Shown: positions 18,819 to 29,270, counted from the stretch's first letter. The stretch: DNA of 64,000 nucleotides from Dehalococcoidia bacterium (GCA_963662435.1 OY759598.1:3380507-3444506), one strand, 5' to 3'. The notes: generated from the letters alone by a model not told the origin. Numbers and translations are program-made.

Positions 18819-20240
18819 TTGACAACCCTCATGAACTACCTTTCACACCGTCGCCCCGCCGCCATCCTCGCGGCAACGGGGCTCGCCACCCTTGCCCTCT
18901 TCATCATCAGGCCCTCCGTCGCCTACGCGGCGGGCGTCGAGGAGGAGACCGCCTTCGTCTTCAACACCCTCTCCTTCCTCATGTGGGGCGCCCTCGTCAT
19001 GTGGATGTGTGCCGGCTTCACCATGCTGGAGTCCGGCTCCGTCCGCACCAAGAACGCCGCCATGATCTGCCTCAAGAACATCGGCCTCTACTCCATCGCC
19101 GGCCTCGCCTACTTCTTCATCGGCTACAACCTCATGTACGGCGACATCATCGCGGGCTTCATCGGCACCCCCGCATTCATGTACGTGCCCTCGCCCGCAG
19201 AGGTCGCCCTCCTCGACGCCGCTGACGCCGAGGTCGCCGCGGCCACCGCCAAGGTCCTGGCCGACGGAGACGGCTACTCCGTCATGTCCGACTGGTTCTT
19301 CCAGATGGTCTTCGTCGCAACCGCCGCGTCCATCGTCTCCGGCGCCCTCGCCGAACGCGTCAAGATGTGGTCGTTCTTCCTCTTCACCCTCGTCCTCACC
19401 GCCATCATCTACCCCGTCGTCGGCGCGTGGACATGGGGAGGCGGCTGGCTGGCTGAGATGGGCTTCGTCGACTTCGCCGGCTCGACCATCGTCCACAGCA
19501 CCGGCGGCTGGGCCGCACTCGCGGGCATGATCGTCGTCGGCCCCCGGCTGGGCAAGTTCCGCAAGGACGGCTCCGTCCGCGCGACGCCGCCATCGAACAT
19601 CCTGGTCGTCACGCTCGGCGTCTTCATCCTGTGGCTGGGGTGGTTTGGCTTCAATGGCGGATCGCAGCTCGCCCTCGGCAGCGCAGCCGACGCCATCTCC
19701 ATGAGCATCGTGCTCGTCAACACCAACCTCGCCGCCGCCGCGGGCGTCATTACCGCCCTGGCCGTCTCACGTCCCATCCTCGGACGCATCGACCTCTTCG
19801 CCGGACTCAACGGCGCGATAGCGGGACTCGTCTCCATCACCGCCGCGCCCGACTTCACCGACCACTACTGGGCCGTCATCATCGGCGCGATCGGCGCTGT
19901 CATCTGTACCGCCGGCCTCAGGCTCCTCGAGCAGCTCAAGCTCGACGACGTCGTCGGTGCCGTTCCCGCCCACCTCTTCGCGGGCATCTGGGGCACCCTC
20001 GCGGCCTCCATCGGCCTCGCGGGCGGCGCGCAGTTCCACGTCCAGCTCATCGGTATCCTCGCGATAGGCGTGTTCGTGTTCGCCGTCTCGTTCGTGCTCT
20101 GGAAGCTCATAGACATAACCGTCAGCGCCCGCGTAACCCACCAGGTCGAGCGCCTAGGCCAGGACGCAGGCGAATTGGGAATGGAGTCCTACCCCGAGTT
20201 CGTGCTCATGCCCGACCTCGACGACGACGACGAAGACTAG
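18819..20240 (+). CDS. amtB: Ammonium transporter
   Basis: DFAGSTIVHSTGG, LWLGWFGFNGGS and DDVVGAVPAH (twin His); GGGAGG RBS. Confidence 0.95.
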   Translation: MTTLMNYLSHRRPAAILAATGLATLALFIIRPSVAYAAGVEEETAFVFNTLSFLMWGALVMWMCAGFTMLESGSVRTKNAAMICLKNIGLYSIAGLAYFFIGYNLMYGDIIAGFIGTPAFMYVPSPAEVALLDAADAEVAAATAKVLADGDGYSVMSDWFFQMVFVATAASIVSGALAERVKMWSFFLFTLVLTAIIYPVVGAWTWGGGWLAEMGFVDFAGSTIVHSTGGWAALAGMIVVGPRLGKFRKDGSVRATPPSNILVVTLGVFILWLGWFGFNGGSQLALGSAADAISMSIVLVNTNLAAAAGVITALAVSRPILGRIDLFAGLNGAIAGLVSITAAPDFTDHYWAVIIGAIGAVICTAGLRLLEQLKLDDVVGAVPAHLFAGIWGTLAASIGLAGGAQFHVQLIGILAIGVFVFAVSFVLWKLIDITVSARVTHQVERLGQDAGELGMESYPEFVLMPDLDDDDED

Positions 20241-20255
20241 CGGCCAAACAACCTA

Positions 20256-20361
20256 CCCCCCTCTCCCGTTCGCGGGAGAGGGCTGGGGTGAGGGTACAGA
20301 ACCCAAGACCCGTTCGTGGTGAGCCTCAATAACCGTTCGTGGTGAGCCTGTCGAACCATGA
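20256..20361. repeat. Family D repeat followed by a truncated and a full family A unit
   Basis: CCCCCTCTCCCGTTCGCGGGAGAGGGCTGGGGTGAGGG; CCGTTCGTGGTGAGCCT at 20310 and again at 20333 continuing GTCGAACCATGA. Confidence 0.8.
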
Positions 20362-20387
20362 GCGACCGCGTCGCCGGACCGCCCCTG

Positions 20388-21353
20388 CTACACCTTCACC
20401 AGCTTCTGAAGACTTCGTACGCCGTCCCTGATCTCGCCGAGGTTCTTCAGGTTCGTCCACGACACCTCGCCGACGTACAGGTTGCCCTGCGAGTCCATGG
20501 AGATGTCGTGCGGCGCGATGAACTGGCCCGGCTCCTCGCCGAAGCCGTCGCCGATTCGCGCCAGACGTTCGCCGCTCCGGTTGTAGACGCTGATCCACGG
20601 CCCGATGTTCGGCATGTGGCGGTTTACGTTCATCCCCGCGCCCAACTCGCCCACGAACACATGCTGCTCGTCCGAGATGTACAGCGCGCACGGCCGGTGC
20701 ATGTTCTTCCACTGCGCCTCGAAGTTGCCCTCCGAGTCGAATATCTGGACGCGGTGGTTCTCCCGGTCCGCGACATAGACGAACCCGTCGGCGTCCGTCG
20801 CGATGTTATGCGTGATGTTGAACTGTCCGGGGTCCACTCCAGGCTCACCCCACGAGAAGAGCAGCTTGCCGTCCGGCGAGTACTTATGCACCCTTGAGTT
20901 GCCGTACCCGTCCGCGACATAGAATTCGCCCGTATTCGGGTCGATAGCCACGTCGGTCGGTCGGTGGAACGGCTCGCCGCTCATGTATCCGCTCGCCACT
21001 CCCGGAGTTCCGAGCGTGAAGATAACCTTGCCCTCCGGCGTACACTTTCGCACCGTGTGATCGTCGTCGTCGATGAGGTACAGCGTCCCGTCCGGCGCGA
21101 ACGTGATCCCGTGAGCACGGGGGTACATGCCAGGGTCGCCCCAGTCCCTTAGATACGTTCCATTCGTATCGAACACTATGACCGGATGATCGCTCCGGTT
21201 GTAGACATATATCTCGTCCTTGGGGCTGACGCCGACGGCCGCCGCCTCCTGCCACGAATAGCCGGGCGGGAGCGATTCCCAGTCCACCGCCACCTCGTAG
21301 GTAAACTCACCCGTCCCGATCGTCGTCGCCGTCGTCATCTGCTTCTCCTCCAT
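20388..21353 (-). CDS. NHL-repeat beta-propeller (peptidyl-alpha-hydroxyglycine lyase-like)
   Basis: FHRPTDVA, YVADGYGNSRVHKYS, GQFNITHNIA and YVADRENHRVQIFD motifs. Confidence 0.88.
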   Translation of the reverse strand: MEEKQMTTATTIGTGEFTYEVAVDWESLPPGYSWQEAAAVGVSPKDEIYVYNRSDHPVIVFDTNGTYLRDWGDPGMYPRAHGITFAPDGTLYLIDDDDHTVRKCTPEGKVIFTLGTPGVASGYMSGEPFHRPTDVAIDPNTGEFYVADGYGNSRVHKYSPDGKLLFSWGEPGVDPGQFNITHNIATDADGFVYVADRENHRVQIFDSEGNFEAQWKNMHRPCALYISDEQHVFVGELGAGMNVNRHMPNIGPWISVYNRSGERLARIGDGFGEEPGQFIAPHDISMDSQGNLYVGEVSWTNLKNLGEIRDGVRSLQKLVKV

Positions 21354-21423
21354 TTAGGTCGTGACATTTGGCCCCCTGTGTGGCACTATCTTACCACTTG
21401 CCGTCCGACACGAGGGAGCCGCC

Positions 21424-22176
21424 ATGCTGCTGGAAAACAAGGTAGTGCTGATCACGGGAGCCGCGTCCGGCATCGGCCGTGCTTCGGCCCAACTCTTCGC
21501 GCGCGAGGGGGCGAAAGTCGTCGTCTCGGACAAGAACGCGGAGGGCGGCAGAGAGACCGTCGAGACCATCGTATCCAAGGGAAATGACGCGGTATTCGTC
21601 GAGACCAATGTCGGGTGCATGGCCGACGTCGAGGCGCTGGTGAACGCCTGCGTCGAGCACTACGGCAGAGTCGACGTCGTCTTCAGCAACGCCTGCCACT
21701 ATCCCATGGGAACCGCGACGGAACTGACGGAGGCCGACTGGGACGTCACGATGGACGTGTGCCTCAAGGCGACCTGGATGCTCGCCAAGCACGCGCTGCC
21801 CCTCATGGTTGAGCAGGGCGGCGGTGTATTCGTCATCACGGGCTCGGTCCATTCGCTCAGGGGGTTCTCCAACTACGCTTCGTACGACCCCGCCAAGGCC
21901 GGCCTGCTCGGACTGACACGCAATCTTGCCCTGGACTACGCCCCGCACGTCCGGGTGAATGCCCTTCTGCCGGGCCCAATCGTTACGGGTCTGTGGAAGG
22001 ACATGACCCCCGAGGAAATCCAGCAGAGCGCCGACAGCGTGCCCCTGAAACGCAACGGCACCCCGGAAGACGTGGCGAAGGTGGCACTGTTCCTTGCTTC
22101 CGACCTCTCGTCGTACGTGACCGGTACCGAGGTCGTCGTCGACGGCGGCATGATATCGGGCATCAAATTCCCCTAG
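21424..22176 (+). CDS. Short-chain dehydrogenase/reductase
   Basis: TGAASGIG, YDPAK, RVNALLPG and YVTG..VVDGG motifs. Confidence 0.92.
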   Translation: MLLENKVVLITGAASGIGRASAQLFAREGAKVVVSDKNAEGGRETVETIVSKGNDAVFVETNVGCMADVEALVNACVEHYGRVDVVFSNACHYPMGTATELTEADWDVTMDVCLKATWMLAKHALPLMVEQGGGVFVITGSVHSLRGFSNYASYDPAKAGLLGLTRNLALDYAPHVRVNALLPGPIVTGLWKDMTPEEIQQSADSVPLKRNGTPEDVAKVALFLASDLSSYVTGTEVVVDGGMISGIKFP

Positions 22177-22191
22177 GAGTATTTAAACAAT

Positions 22192-22255
22192 CGTTCGTGG
22201 TGAGCCTGTCGAACCATGAACCGCCCTTCAATCCTTCGACAAGCTCTGGGTAAAC
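22192..22255. repeat. Family A REP-like inverted doublet
   Basis: CGTTCGTGGTGAGCCTGTCGAACCATGA...CCTTCGACAAGCTCTGGGTAAAC. Confidence 0.8.
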
Positions 22256-22321
22256 AGGGGAAGTTTTCGGCACTAGCATACGAGATATCCACAAGTCATA
22301 GCTGTAGGCACGGAGGAAGAA

Positions 22322-23209
22322 ATGAAGCCGGAACTCATCGTCGACACCATGGATGACACGGGCGAGGGGCCCCTGTGGCACCCCATCGAGAAGAAGCTGT
22401 ACTGGGGAGACATAACAGAGGGAGAACTCTACCGCTATGACCCAACCACAGGCGGGCACGAGCTGGTCTTCGATGCGGGCGAGATGTTTGGCGGCTACAC
22501 CTTCCAGGCAGACGGCTCGATCCTCATGTTCCTGGAAGAGGGCAGGATCGGAGTCCTCAGAGATGGCAGCCTCGACATCGTAATCGACGGCCTCCCCGGT
22601 GAAAAGGAGAACCGCTTCAACGATGTCATCGCCGATCCCGAAGGTCGCGTCTACTGCGGCACCATGTGTAAGGATTCGGCGAAGGCGATGGCGGAAGAGG
22701 CATTCGGCAGTCTCTACCTTCTCGATACGGACGGTACGATCACAAAGGTTCTCGACGACATTGCCATATCCAACGGCCTAGGATTCACGCCCGATCTGTC
22801 CGGCATCTACTACACGGACAGTCCAACGGGCGCCATCTGGCTCTTCGATTACGACCGTGCCACCGGTGCCATCAGCAATCGGCGCGACTTCGTAGCCTCA
22901 GACGACGTTGACAAGGACGGTCTGCCGGACGGCATGACCGTCGACGCCGAGGGCAATGTCTGGTCCGCCCGCGTCCTCACAGGCGAGATGCACAAGTACT
23001 CGCCCAGCGGTGAACTGGTCGAGGCCATCGATTTCCCCTGCGACATGGTCTCCAGCGCCGTATTCGGCGGTGAAGACCTCGACGAGCTGTACGTAACGAC
23101 CATTAGTTCAAACGACCGCGAGACACACGGCCCGGGAGCCGGCGCGCTATACCGCCTGCGCCCCGGCGTCAAAGGCGTGCCGGAGTTCTTCTCCAACGTG
23201 AGTTTCTAG
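22322..23209 (+). CDS. SMP-30/gluconolactonase family protein
   Basis: GEGPLW, RFNDVIADPEGR, SNGLGF, PDGMTVDAEG and FGGEDLDELYVT motifs. Confidence 0.92.
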   Translation: MKPELIVDTMDDTGEGPLWHPIEKKLYWGDITEGELYRYDPTTGGHELVFDAGEMFGGYTFQADGSILMFLEEGRIGVLRDGSLDIVIDGLPGEKENRFNDVIADPEGRVYCGTMCKDSAKAMAEEAFGSLYLLDTDGTITKVLDDIAISNGLGFTPDLSGIYYTDSPTGAIWLFDYDRATGAISNRRDFVASDDVDKDGLPDGMTVDAEGNVWSARVLTGEMHKYSPSGELVEAIDFPCDMVSSAVFGGEDLDELYVTTISSNDRETHGPGAGALYRLRPGVKGVPEFFSNVSF

Positions 23210-23234
23210 CAACCCGCTGGCCTTGCCGTTGAGT

Positions 23235-23321
23235 CCGTTCGTGGTGAGCCTGTCGAACCATGATCGGACTGCCCTTCGTCAGGCTCGCTACCTGCGCCGT
23301 ACTTGATACGAGGGTGAACGG
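23235..23321. repeat. Family A doublet carrying a nested 24-nt hairpin element (23289-23312)
   Basis: CCGTTCGTGGTGAGCCTGTCGAACCATGA...CCCTTCGTCAGGCTCGC[TACCTGCGCCGTACTTGATACGAG]GGTGAACGG. Confidence 0.75.
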
Positions 23322-23393
23322 GGGCGTTGGTGGCCAGATGGAGGGGTGGTGCCCTTGTCTGGCGGGAATGCAGGGAAAAGAAAAGGAGAGCAC

Positions 23394-24272
23394 ATGAAGC
23401 TGACCGAAGACCAGGTGAGGCAGTTCGACCTCTTCGGATTCGTCATTCTCGGGAGCATTTTCACCGAACGTGAGGTAGCGACGCTCCAGGCGGAGTTCGA
23501 GTACGGCGCGGCGCGGACACAGGAGTCCGAGGGCAAGTTTGACGGTACGGAGACCCATACGTTCAGCATGTTGGGCGAGGACACGCCGTTCTACTCGTCA
23601 CTGCTGGAGGACCCGCGCTTCTATGGTCCCGCGTCGCAACTGTTCGGCGACGACGTATTTGGCCTCGAGATCAACTCGTATCGATACGTCTCCAATACCC
23701 CGTGGCACTTCAACGACGGGGCACCCAACATCCACGGCTACGGACCGAAGTACCAGTTCCCTGTCTTTGAACCTACACGCTCGGACACCGGAGCGCTGAG
23801 GTTCGTTCCCGGCTCACACAAGGACCCGTGGCAGTCGCAGCTGACCGGCTGGTGGCCACTCGCGCGAGATTCGGCTCGCAGCGCCGAGGGTATGGAGTTT
23901 CTCGATAAGATCCCGTGCTTCGTGGCCGAGGCCGATCCGGGCGACGCAGTCCTCTTCGATATGCGGCTCGTGCACTCGACGTGGGGCGGCAGCAAGGACC
24001 GGCGCATGAGCTGCGTGACCTACTACCACTACCCGGAGACGCCACAGGAGTTGGAGGTCATGCGCACCACGGCGCAGGGCTTCTATCGCTCGACCACGCG
24101 CTGGAACCAGGCGCAGTGGGATGAATGGTTCTCCAATCCGCACGGCAGCCCCCTTCGCCAGCGCTGGCTCGACTCCTGGGAGCGTCTCGCCAAGACTCCC
24201 CAAGCCGAAACAGGGCTCCAATTGATCTACGACGAAGTCGGGGCCGCAACCTTCGCTCCTACGGCTGTTTAG
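23394..24272 (+). CDS. PhyH-family Fe(II)/2-oxoglutarate dioxygenase
   Basis: LTEDQVRQFDLFGF, LRFVPGSH and PGDAVLFDMRLVH motifs; AAGGAG RBS. Confidence 0.82.
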   Translation: MKLTEDQVRQFDLFGFVILGSIFTEREVATLQAEFEYGAARTQESEGKFDGTETHTFSMLGEDTPFYSSLLEDPRFYGPASQLFGDDVFGLEINSYRYVSNTPWHFNDGAPNIHGYGPKYQFPVFEPTRSDTGALRFVPGSHKDPWQSQLTGWWPLARDSARSAEGMEFLDKIPCFVAEADPGDAVLFDMRLVHSTWGGSKDRRMSCVTYYHYPETPQELEVMRTTAQGFYRSTTRWNQAQWDEWFSNPHGSPLRQRWLDSWERLAKTPQAETGLQLIYDEVGAATFAPTAV

Positions 24273-24329
24273 GGCCTCTGCGCCCCGTTACGACTCCATA
24301 CCGACGTTTGGGAGAAAGGTTCGCTTCTG

Positions 24330-25190
24330 ATGGTTTCGCGTTTTCGTCGGCCTCGCGCCGACCTCAGTATCCAAGTGGACAGGACAGTACTCCAACCCGG
24401 CGAGGAGCTTGAGGCTCGCGTTGTACTCCTGCCTGAGAGCGACTTTCGTGTCCGACAGGGAACGATTGCGCTTGTCTGCACGGAGACCCATGTGCAGAAG
24501 ACGAGCAGCCAATATGGGACGCACTACTCCAGGAAGAAACAGGTTCTCTTCAATATGGAGGAGAGTTTCCTCAACGACGTGACGGTACGAAACGGAGTAC
24601 CCCACTCGACCGACGTGAGACTTGCCGTTCCGGCGGACGCCCTGCCTACATTGAGCGGAATAAAGGTGAGCCACGTCGAGCCCGGCATCACGTGGGAGGT
24701 CACGGCACTTCTCGACGTGGCGGGAGCGAGGGACATTCGCTGCGAGCAGCCGGTCTCCGTTTCGGGTATTCCCGCGACGAACGACGTCAGGTCCCACCCG
24801 GTCGTCGCGCAGACCAAGCATGATCAGTGCGCGATGACCCTCACGGTGTCTAACGGAGATGCGCGTTCGGGGGATACCCTGGACGGCGACCTGCGTGCCG
24901 AAATTCTGCATGATGTGACTGCGGAGGAGATCAGGGTGGCCCTGGTGAGGTCCGAAAAGTTCGGCAACGAGGAGAAAAACCTCACCGTTGACGAGGTGAC
25001 GTTCGAACGGGACGTGACACTTCAGTCAGGCAGTATGCGGGAATGGCGGTTCAGGCTGGATGTAGGGCAGGTTGGAGTGCCAACCCTAACGACCGACAAA
25101 TCGTCCGTCCGCTGGCTGGTGAAGGCGTGGATGACAAGAAACATGCGACGTGACCTGCGCATTGAGCAGGAAATCAGGGTCGATATCTAG
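24330..25190 (+). CDS. Hypothetical protein, possibly arrestin/SpoOM-like tandem beta-sandwich
   Basis: Two similar halves (IQVDRTVLQPGEEL/LTVSNGDARSGDTL; PTL...ITWEV/PTL...VRWLV). Confidence 0.5.
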   Translation: MVSRFRRPRADLSIQVDRTVLQPGEELEARVVLLPESDFRVRQGTIALVCTETHVQKTSSQYGTHYSRKKQVLFNMEESFLNDVTVRNGVPHSTDVRLAVPADALPTLSGIKVSHVEPGITWEVTALLDVAGARDIRCEQPVSVSGIPATNDVRSHPVVAQTKHDQCAMTLTVSNGDARSGDTLDGDLRAEILHDVTAEEIRVALVRSEKFGNEEKNLTVDEVTFERDVTLQSGSMREWRFRLDVGQVGVPTLTTDKSSVRWLVKAWMTRNMRRDLRIEQEIRVDI

Positions 25191-25299
25191 CCGTTTGGTG
25201 AGATAGTTCAGTCACTGGGACGCTCTGTGCATTGATCGGCTTCTCCAGCATCCAGAACCCAACACCCAGCACCTGAATCCTGCCCCCGATGTCGGTATC

Positions 25300-26427
25300 A
25301 TGGACACCGCAACCATGCGTACGCGCTTCTCCATATCGACGAGGGCCTACGTCAACTTCCTGCTTGCGCTCATTGGGGTGGGGGTAGCGCTGCTGATGCT
25401 GGAGATTGGCCTTCGCCTCACGCGTGATTCGCCCGAACCGGCAGTCCCCCTTCACTTGACCTGCGGCGATTGTCCGTACCTGTTCGAACTCAATCCCGAC
25501 CATCCTGACGTTCGGGACAGAAACATGCTCCCGGACCGCTCGGCGGAAAGACTCCGGTCGACGACCAACATCATGGTTCTGGGCGACTCGGTGGCGTACG
25601 GCGTGGGGGTGCCGTTTGAGACGGCGTTCCCTCAGCGGCTTGAGGAACTGCTAACGGCGCAGTTCGCCGACGTTGCGGTGCTCAACTCCGCTGTGAGCGG
25701 GTACACGCCGTACAACCAGCTTCACCAATACGTCAGCCGTGACCGCGACATTCCGGTGAAGCTCGTGGTCGTGGCCTTCAGCATGAACGACATCGTAGAC
25801 CCCGAGCTGCACTGGAACTACACCGAGGACACCATAGAGAACATCCCACCTGAGGCCTATCCCAACCTCCGGTACCACGAAGAGCACGTCGTACCCATCC
25901 TTGAAGCTCGCAGAAGGGAACGTGAGCAGGGAGGCACAGAGCTTGGCCGACTGGTCCGCTCGGCTGTAAACGTCACCAACATCACCGATCAGGATGCAAG
26001 TCATGCAGTCGTAGGCGGCCGCCGATGGCCGACCTACATCACCGGCGAGGACACCATCAGCATCGAGGTGCTGACCGACTACGACTCGCAGGAGTGGGTG
26101 TGGCTGCGGGGGATGTACGACCGAATTGCGGACGAGGTGGACTCGGACGGCGCGCGTCTCGTCATCTTGGTCTTGCCGCTGGCATATCAGATGGATGCGG
26201 AGTATTCTTTCCTTCCGCAGAAACAGTTTGCCCGGTACTGCGAAGAACGCTCGCTGATGTGCCTCGATCTGCTGCCCGCGTTTCGAGCGCGAGGAGGCGA
26301 GAGCCTGTTCTTGGGCGAGCGACTGGGCTATACCGATATCTGGCACCTCTCTGACAAGGGGCACGCCGTCGTGGCAAGCGAACTCCACGCATTTCTCGAA
26401 GAAAACGATCTTGTAGGACGCTGGTAG
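25300..26427 (+). CDS. Membrane-anchored SGNH/GDSL hydrolase
   Basis: N-terminal TM helix, then LGDSVAYG, NSAVSGY, ND and DIWHLS blocks. Confidence 0.85.
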   Translation: MDTATMRTRFSISTRAYVNFLLALIGVGVALLMLEIGLRLTRDSPEPAVPLHLTCGDCPYLFELNPDHPDVRDRNMLPDRSAERLRSTTNIMVLGDSVAYGVGVPFETAFPQRLEELLTAQFADVAVLNSAVSGYTPYNQLHQYVSRDRDIPVKLVVVAFSMNDIVDPELHWNYTEDTIENIPPEAYPNLRYHEEHVVPILEARRREREQGGTELGRLVRSAVNVTNITDQDASHAVVGGRRWPTYITGEDTISIEVLTDYDSQEWVWLRGMYDRIADEVDSDGARLVILVLPLAYQMDAEYSFLPQKQFARYCEERSLMCLDLLPAFRARGGESLFLGERLGYTDIWHLSDKGHAVVASELHAFLEENDLVGRW

Positions 26428-26434
26428 ACTGCTC

Positions 26435-27595
26435 ATGCTCGACTACTTTCAGGTAACCGATCAGTTCACGGACGAGGAACGGCAGACACAGGCAGGGGTG
26501 CGCGAGTTCCTGGATGCCGAGGCGCTCCCGCACATTTCAGGATGGTGGGAGCGGGCGGAGTTTCCCAGGCAACTCGTCCCGCGCCTTGCCGAGTTCGGAC
26601 TGATCGGGGCAAACATGCCCGTGGAATACGGCGCAGCGGGCGTCGGCAGCTTGGCGTACGGGCTGGTGATGTACGAGCTGGAGCGGATCGATTCCGGCCT
26701 GCGGAGCTTTGCCAGCGTTCAGGGCGCCCTCTGCATGTACCCGATCCTGCGATACGGCTCCGAGCAACAGCGTCAGGCGTACCTGCCCGCGATTGCGAAC
26801 GGTGACATGATCGGCTGTTTCGGGCTGACCGAGCACTCCGGCGGCTCCGACCCCGGCGCGATGGAGACTCGTGCTCGACGTGACGGCGGCTCGTACGTCC
26901 TGAATGGCGTCAAGGTGTGGATAAGCTACGGCTCAATCGCAGACATCGCCATCATTTGGGCCAGAGGCGAAGATGACGGTGTGGTACGAGGATTCGTCGT
27001 GCCGACCGATACGCCCGGATTCTCGGCCAAGAAGATCGAGAGGCAGATGAGCCTCCGCACATCCGGCGCGAGCGAACTGGTCCTTGAGGAAGTTCGAGTC
27101 CCCGCCTCCGCGATGCTCCCGGAGGCCGCGGGACTGTCCGCTCCGCTGTCGTGCCTCACGCAGGCGCGCTACGGCATCTCCTGGGGCGTTCTGGGCCCCC
27201 TGGAGTACGTTTACGAGGAAGCCCTTGCCTTCTCAAAGGCGCGAAAGACCTTCGGCAAGCCCATAGGCGGCCGGCAACTCGTTCAGGACAAGCTCGCCGA
27301 CATGCTGGCCGATCACACCAGCGGACTCCTCCGCGTCTGCCAGCTTGCCCGACTCAAGGACGAAGGAAAGCTGAACTACACGCACGTCTCGCTGGCCAAG
27401 CGTGAGAACGCGAGAGCAGCCCTAAGGGGAGCGCGACTCGCACGTGAGATACTCGGAGCCAGCGGCATAACCCTCGACTACCACACCGTCCGCCACATGC
27501 TCAATCTGGAGACCGTCGATACCTACGAGGGAACGCACGACATCCACAGCCTGGTGTTGGGGCGCGATGTCACGGGGCTGGACGCCTTTTCGTAA
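26435..27595 (+). CDS. Acyl-CoA dehydrogenase (glutaryl-CoA dehydrogenase-like)
   Basis: ELERIDSGLRSFASVQ, GCFGLTE..GSDPG and TYEGTHDIH motifs. Confidence 0.9.
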   Translation: MLDYFQVTDQFTDEERQTQAGVREFLDAEALPHISGWWERAEFPRQLVPRLAEFGLIGANMPVEYGAAGVGSLAYGLVMYELERIDSGLRSFASVQGALCMYPILRYGSEQQRQAYLPAIANGDMIGCFGLTEHSGGSDPGAMETRARRDGGSYVLNGVKVWISYGSIADIAIIWARGEDDGVVRGFVVPTDTPGFSAKKIERQMSLRTSGASELVLEEVRVPASAMLPEAAGLSAPLSCLTQARYGISWGVLGPLEYVYEEALAFSKARKTFGKPIGGRQLVQDKLADMLADHTSGLLRVCQLARLKDEGKLNYTHVSLAKRENARAALRGARLAREILGASGITLDYHTVRHMLNLETVDTYEGTHDIHSLVLGRDVTGLDAFS

Positions 27596-27616
27596 AGGTT
27601 GTCTTGAAGGAAATCT

Positions 27617-27680
27617 CGTCACCCTGAGCTTGTCGAAGGGTGGAGAATCCGTTTATGGTCCGACAAGCTCACCACGAACG
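27617..27680. repeat. Family A REP-like inverted doublet
   Basis: CGTCACCCTGAGCTTGTCGAAGGGTG...TGGTCCGACAAGCTCACCACGAACG. Confidence 0.8.
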
Positions 27681-27705
27681 AGTTTGGTCGGTCCTTTGGG
27701 CGCGC

Positions 27706-28251
27706 CTAGAATACCTTGGCAACGGGGCACGAAAAGCCCGGTAGCACGGGATCACCCGTGAGCGTGTCACCCTCGTGGAGGGCGTGTACTTCGCTCAGCG
27801 AACGGAACACTGAGATTGAGCGCTGTTCCGGGTGCACCAGCCACACCAGCTTCACGCCGTGCTCGATCCACTGCTCGATCTTTTCCTGCACCTGTCCCGC
27901 CCTGTCGCTGGGAGAAACGACTTCGACCACGAGGTCGGGAATCGTGTCGACATAGCCGGTTGGAATCCCATCCGGGGGAATCCGTTCCATGGCAATGAAG
28001 GCTGCGTCAGGCGCTCTGACGGTGTCCGGGTCGCGTTGCAGGAAGAACCCGCAGTCAGCTCCGAATAATTCTCCCAGGTCGTCTTTATCGACGTGCTGGA
28101 AGAGAAGTCCGGCAATCCTGATGCCAATGTTGCCGTGTCTTCCGCCAGCGGGCGCCATTTCGATCAGTTCCCCCTCGATCAATTCATGGCGCTTGCCGTC
28201 ATCGGGCATACGGAGCAGTTCGTCCGCGGTTACCAGCGTACGCGTGGTCAT
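27706..28251 (-). CDS. Uma2 (DUF820) family endonuclease-fold protein
   Basis: ELIEGEL, RAPDAAF, PDLVVEVVSPSD and LPGFSCPV motifs. Confidence 0.9.
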   Translation of the reverse strand: MTTRTLVTADELLRMPDDGKRHELIEGELIEMAPAGGRHGNIGIRIAGLLFQHVDKDDLGELFGADCGFFLQRDPDTVRAPDAAFIAMERIPPDGIPTGYVDTIPDLVVEVVSPSDRAGQVQEKIEQWIEHGVKLVWLVHPEQRSISVFRSLSEVHALHEGDTLTGDPVLPGFSCPVAKVF

Positions 28252-28322
28252 GTTGCCCTCCCTCGTCGGTGAGGATGTACCGTTCAGTATACTCTATCGA
28301 CGGCTTACGCCGTTGCGCCCCC

Positions 28323-29270
28323 CTACGCGACCACTCCCGGCGCGCCGATGTCGAGTAGCATCTGCCGGGCCTTGCCGCGATAAGCCTCGCGCACGTCGCG
28401 TGTAGGTGGACGGCACCGGCTCGAGGGCAGACCGACCAGCTCCATGAGCAGCTTGTCGGCATAGCCGTCGCCGCTCGTGTACTCCATCATGTCGCGCCAC
28501 AGGTCGTAGAACGGGAGCAGCACCCGGATCACCTCGTTCTGCGCCTCGACATATCGACGTTCCTCCAGCATGTGCAGGAAGCCGACAGCCCACTGAGGCC
28601 AGTAGTTGGCGGGATGGATCTCGATACTCCGTGCGCCGAGGATGTGGCTCATGACGAATGAACCGTTGTTGTCGACTACGCTCACCTTGTCGGCGAACAT
28701 GCTGACGATGCGGTCCATGCCGAAGGGTACACCGCCGGGCACCGCCCACTTGAGGCCCGCGACGTTGGGAAGCTCGACGAGCTTCTCCACCATGCCTATC
28801 GACACGCTGGGGGAAGTCCAGAACGTGTTGTATACGATCAGACCAATGTCCGCCGCCTCCGACGCAGCGAGGATGTACTCGTAGAAGTCGCCCTCGGTGT
28901 GCGCGAAGTAGAACGGCGGCGAGACCTGGATGTACTCGCATCCGACGTCTTCGGCCGCTCGCGCCAGGGCAATCAGCTCTCGCGTGCTCGTCGTCTGCGC
29001 CCCCAGGATGACGGGCACCCGTCCCGCTGCCTGGTCTACGACCGCCCCGGCGACGGCCACGCGTTCTTCGAATGACATCGACGAGAAGTCGCCCGCCGCG
29101 CCGCACGCCAGCAGCACGCCCGTACCCGTCTGGATGCCGCCATTAATGAGGAATTCCACGTGCTGCCGTATCCCGTCGAGATTCACCGACAGCTCGTCGT
29201 CGTCGTTGAACATCGTCGGAATCGTCACGTAGCAGCCGTACAGCCGGTCGCGCAGTGTCTGTTGGTCCAT
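28323..29270 (-). CDS. Dihydrodipicolinate synthase/N-acetylneuraminate lyase family protein
   Basis: GAAGDFSSMSFEER, PPFY, YN and NVAGLK (Schiff-base Lys) motifs. Confidence 0.85.
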   Translation of the reverse strand: MDQQTLRDRLYGCYVTIPTMFNDDDELSVNLDGIRQHVEFLINGGIQTGTGVLLACGAAGDFSSMSFEERVAVAGAVVDQAAGRVPVILGAQTTSTRELIALARAAEDVGCEYIQVSPPFYFAHTEGDFYEYILAASEAADIGLIVYNTFWTSPSVSIGMVEKLVELPNVAGLKWAVPGGVPFGMDRIVSMFADKVSVVDNNGSFVMSHILGARSIEIHPANYWPQWAVGFLHMLEERRYVEAQNEVIRVLLPFYDLWRDMMEYTSGDGYADKLLMELVGLPSSRCRPPTRDVREAYRGKARQMLLDIGAPGVVA

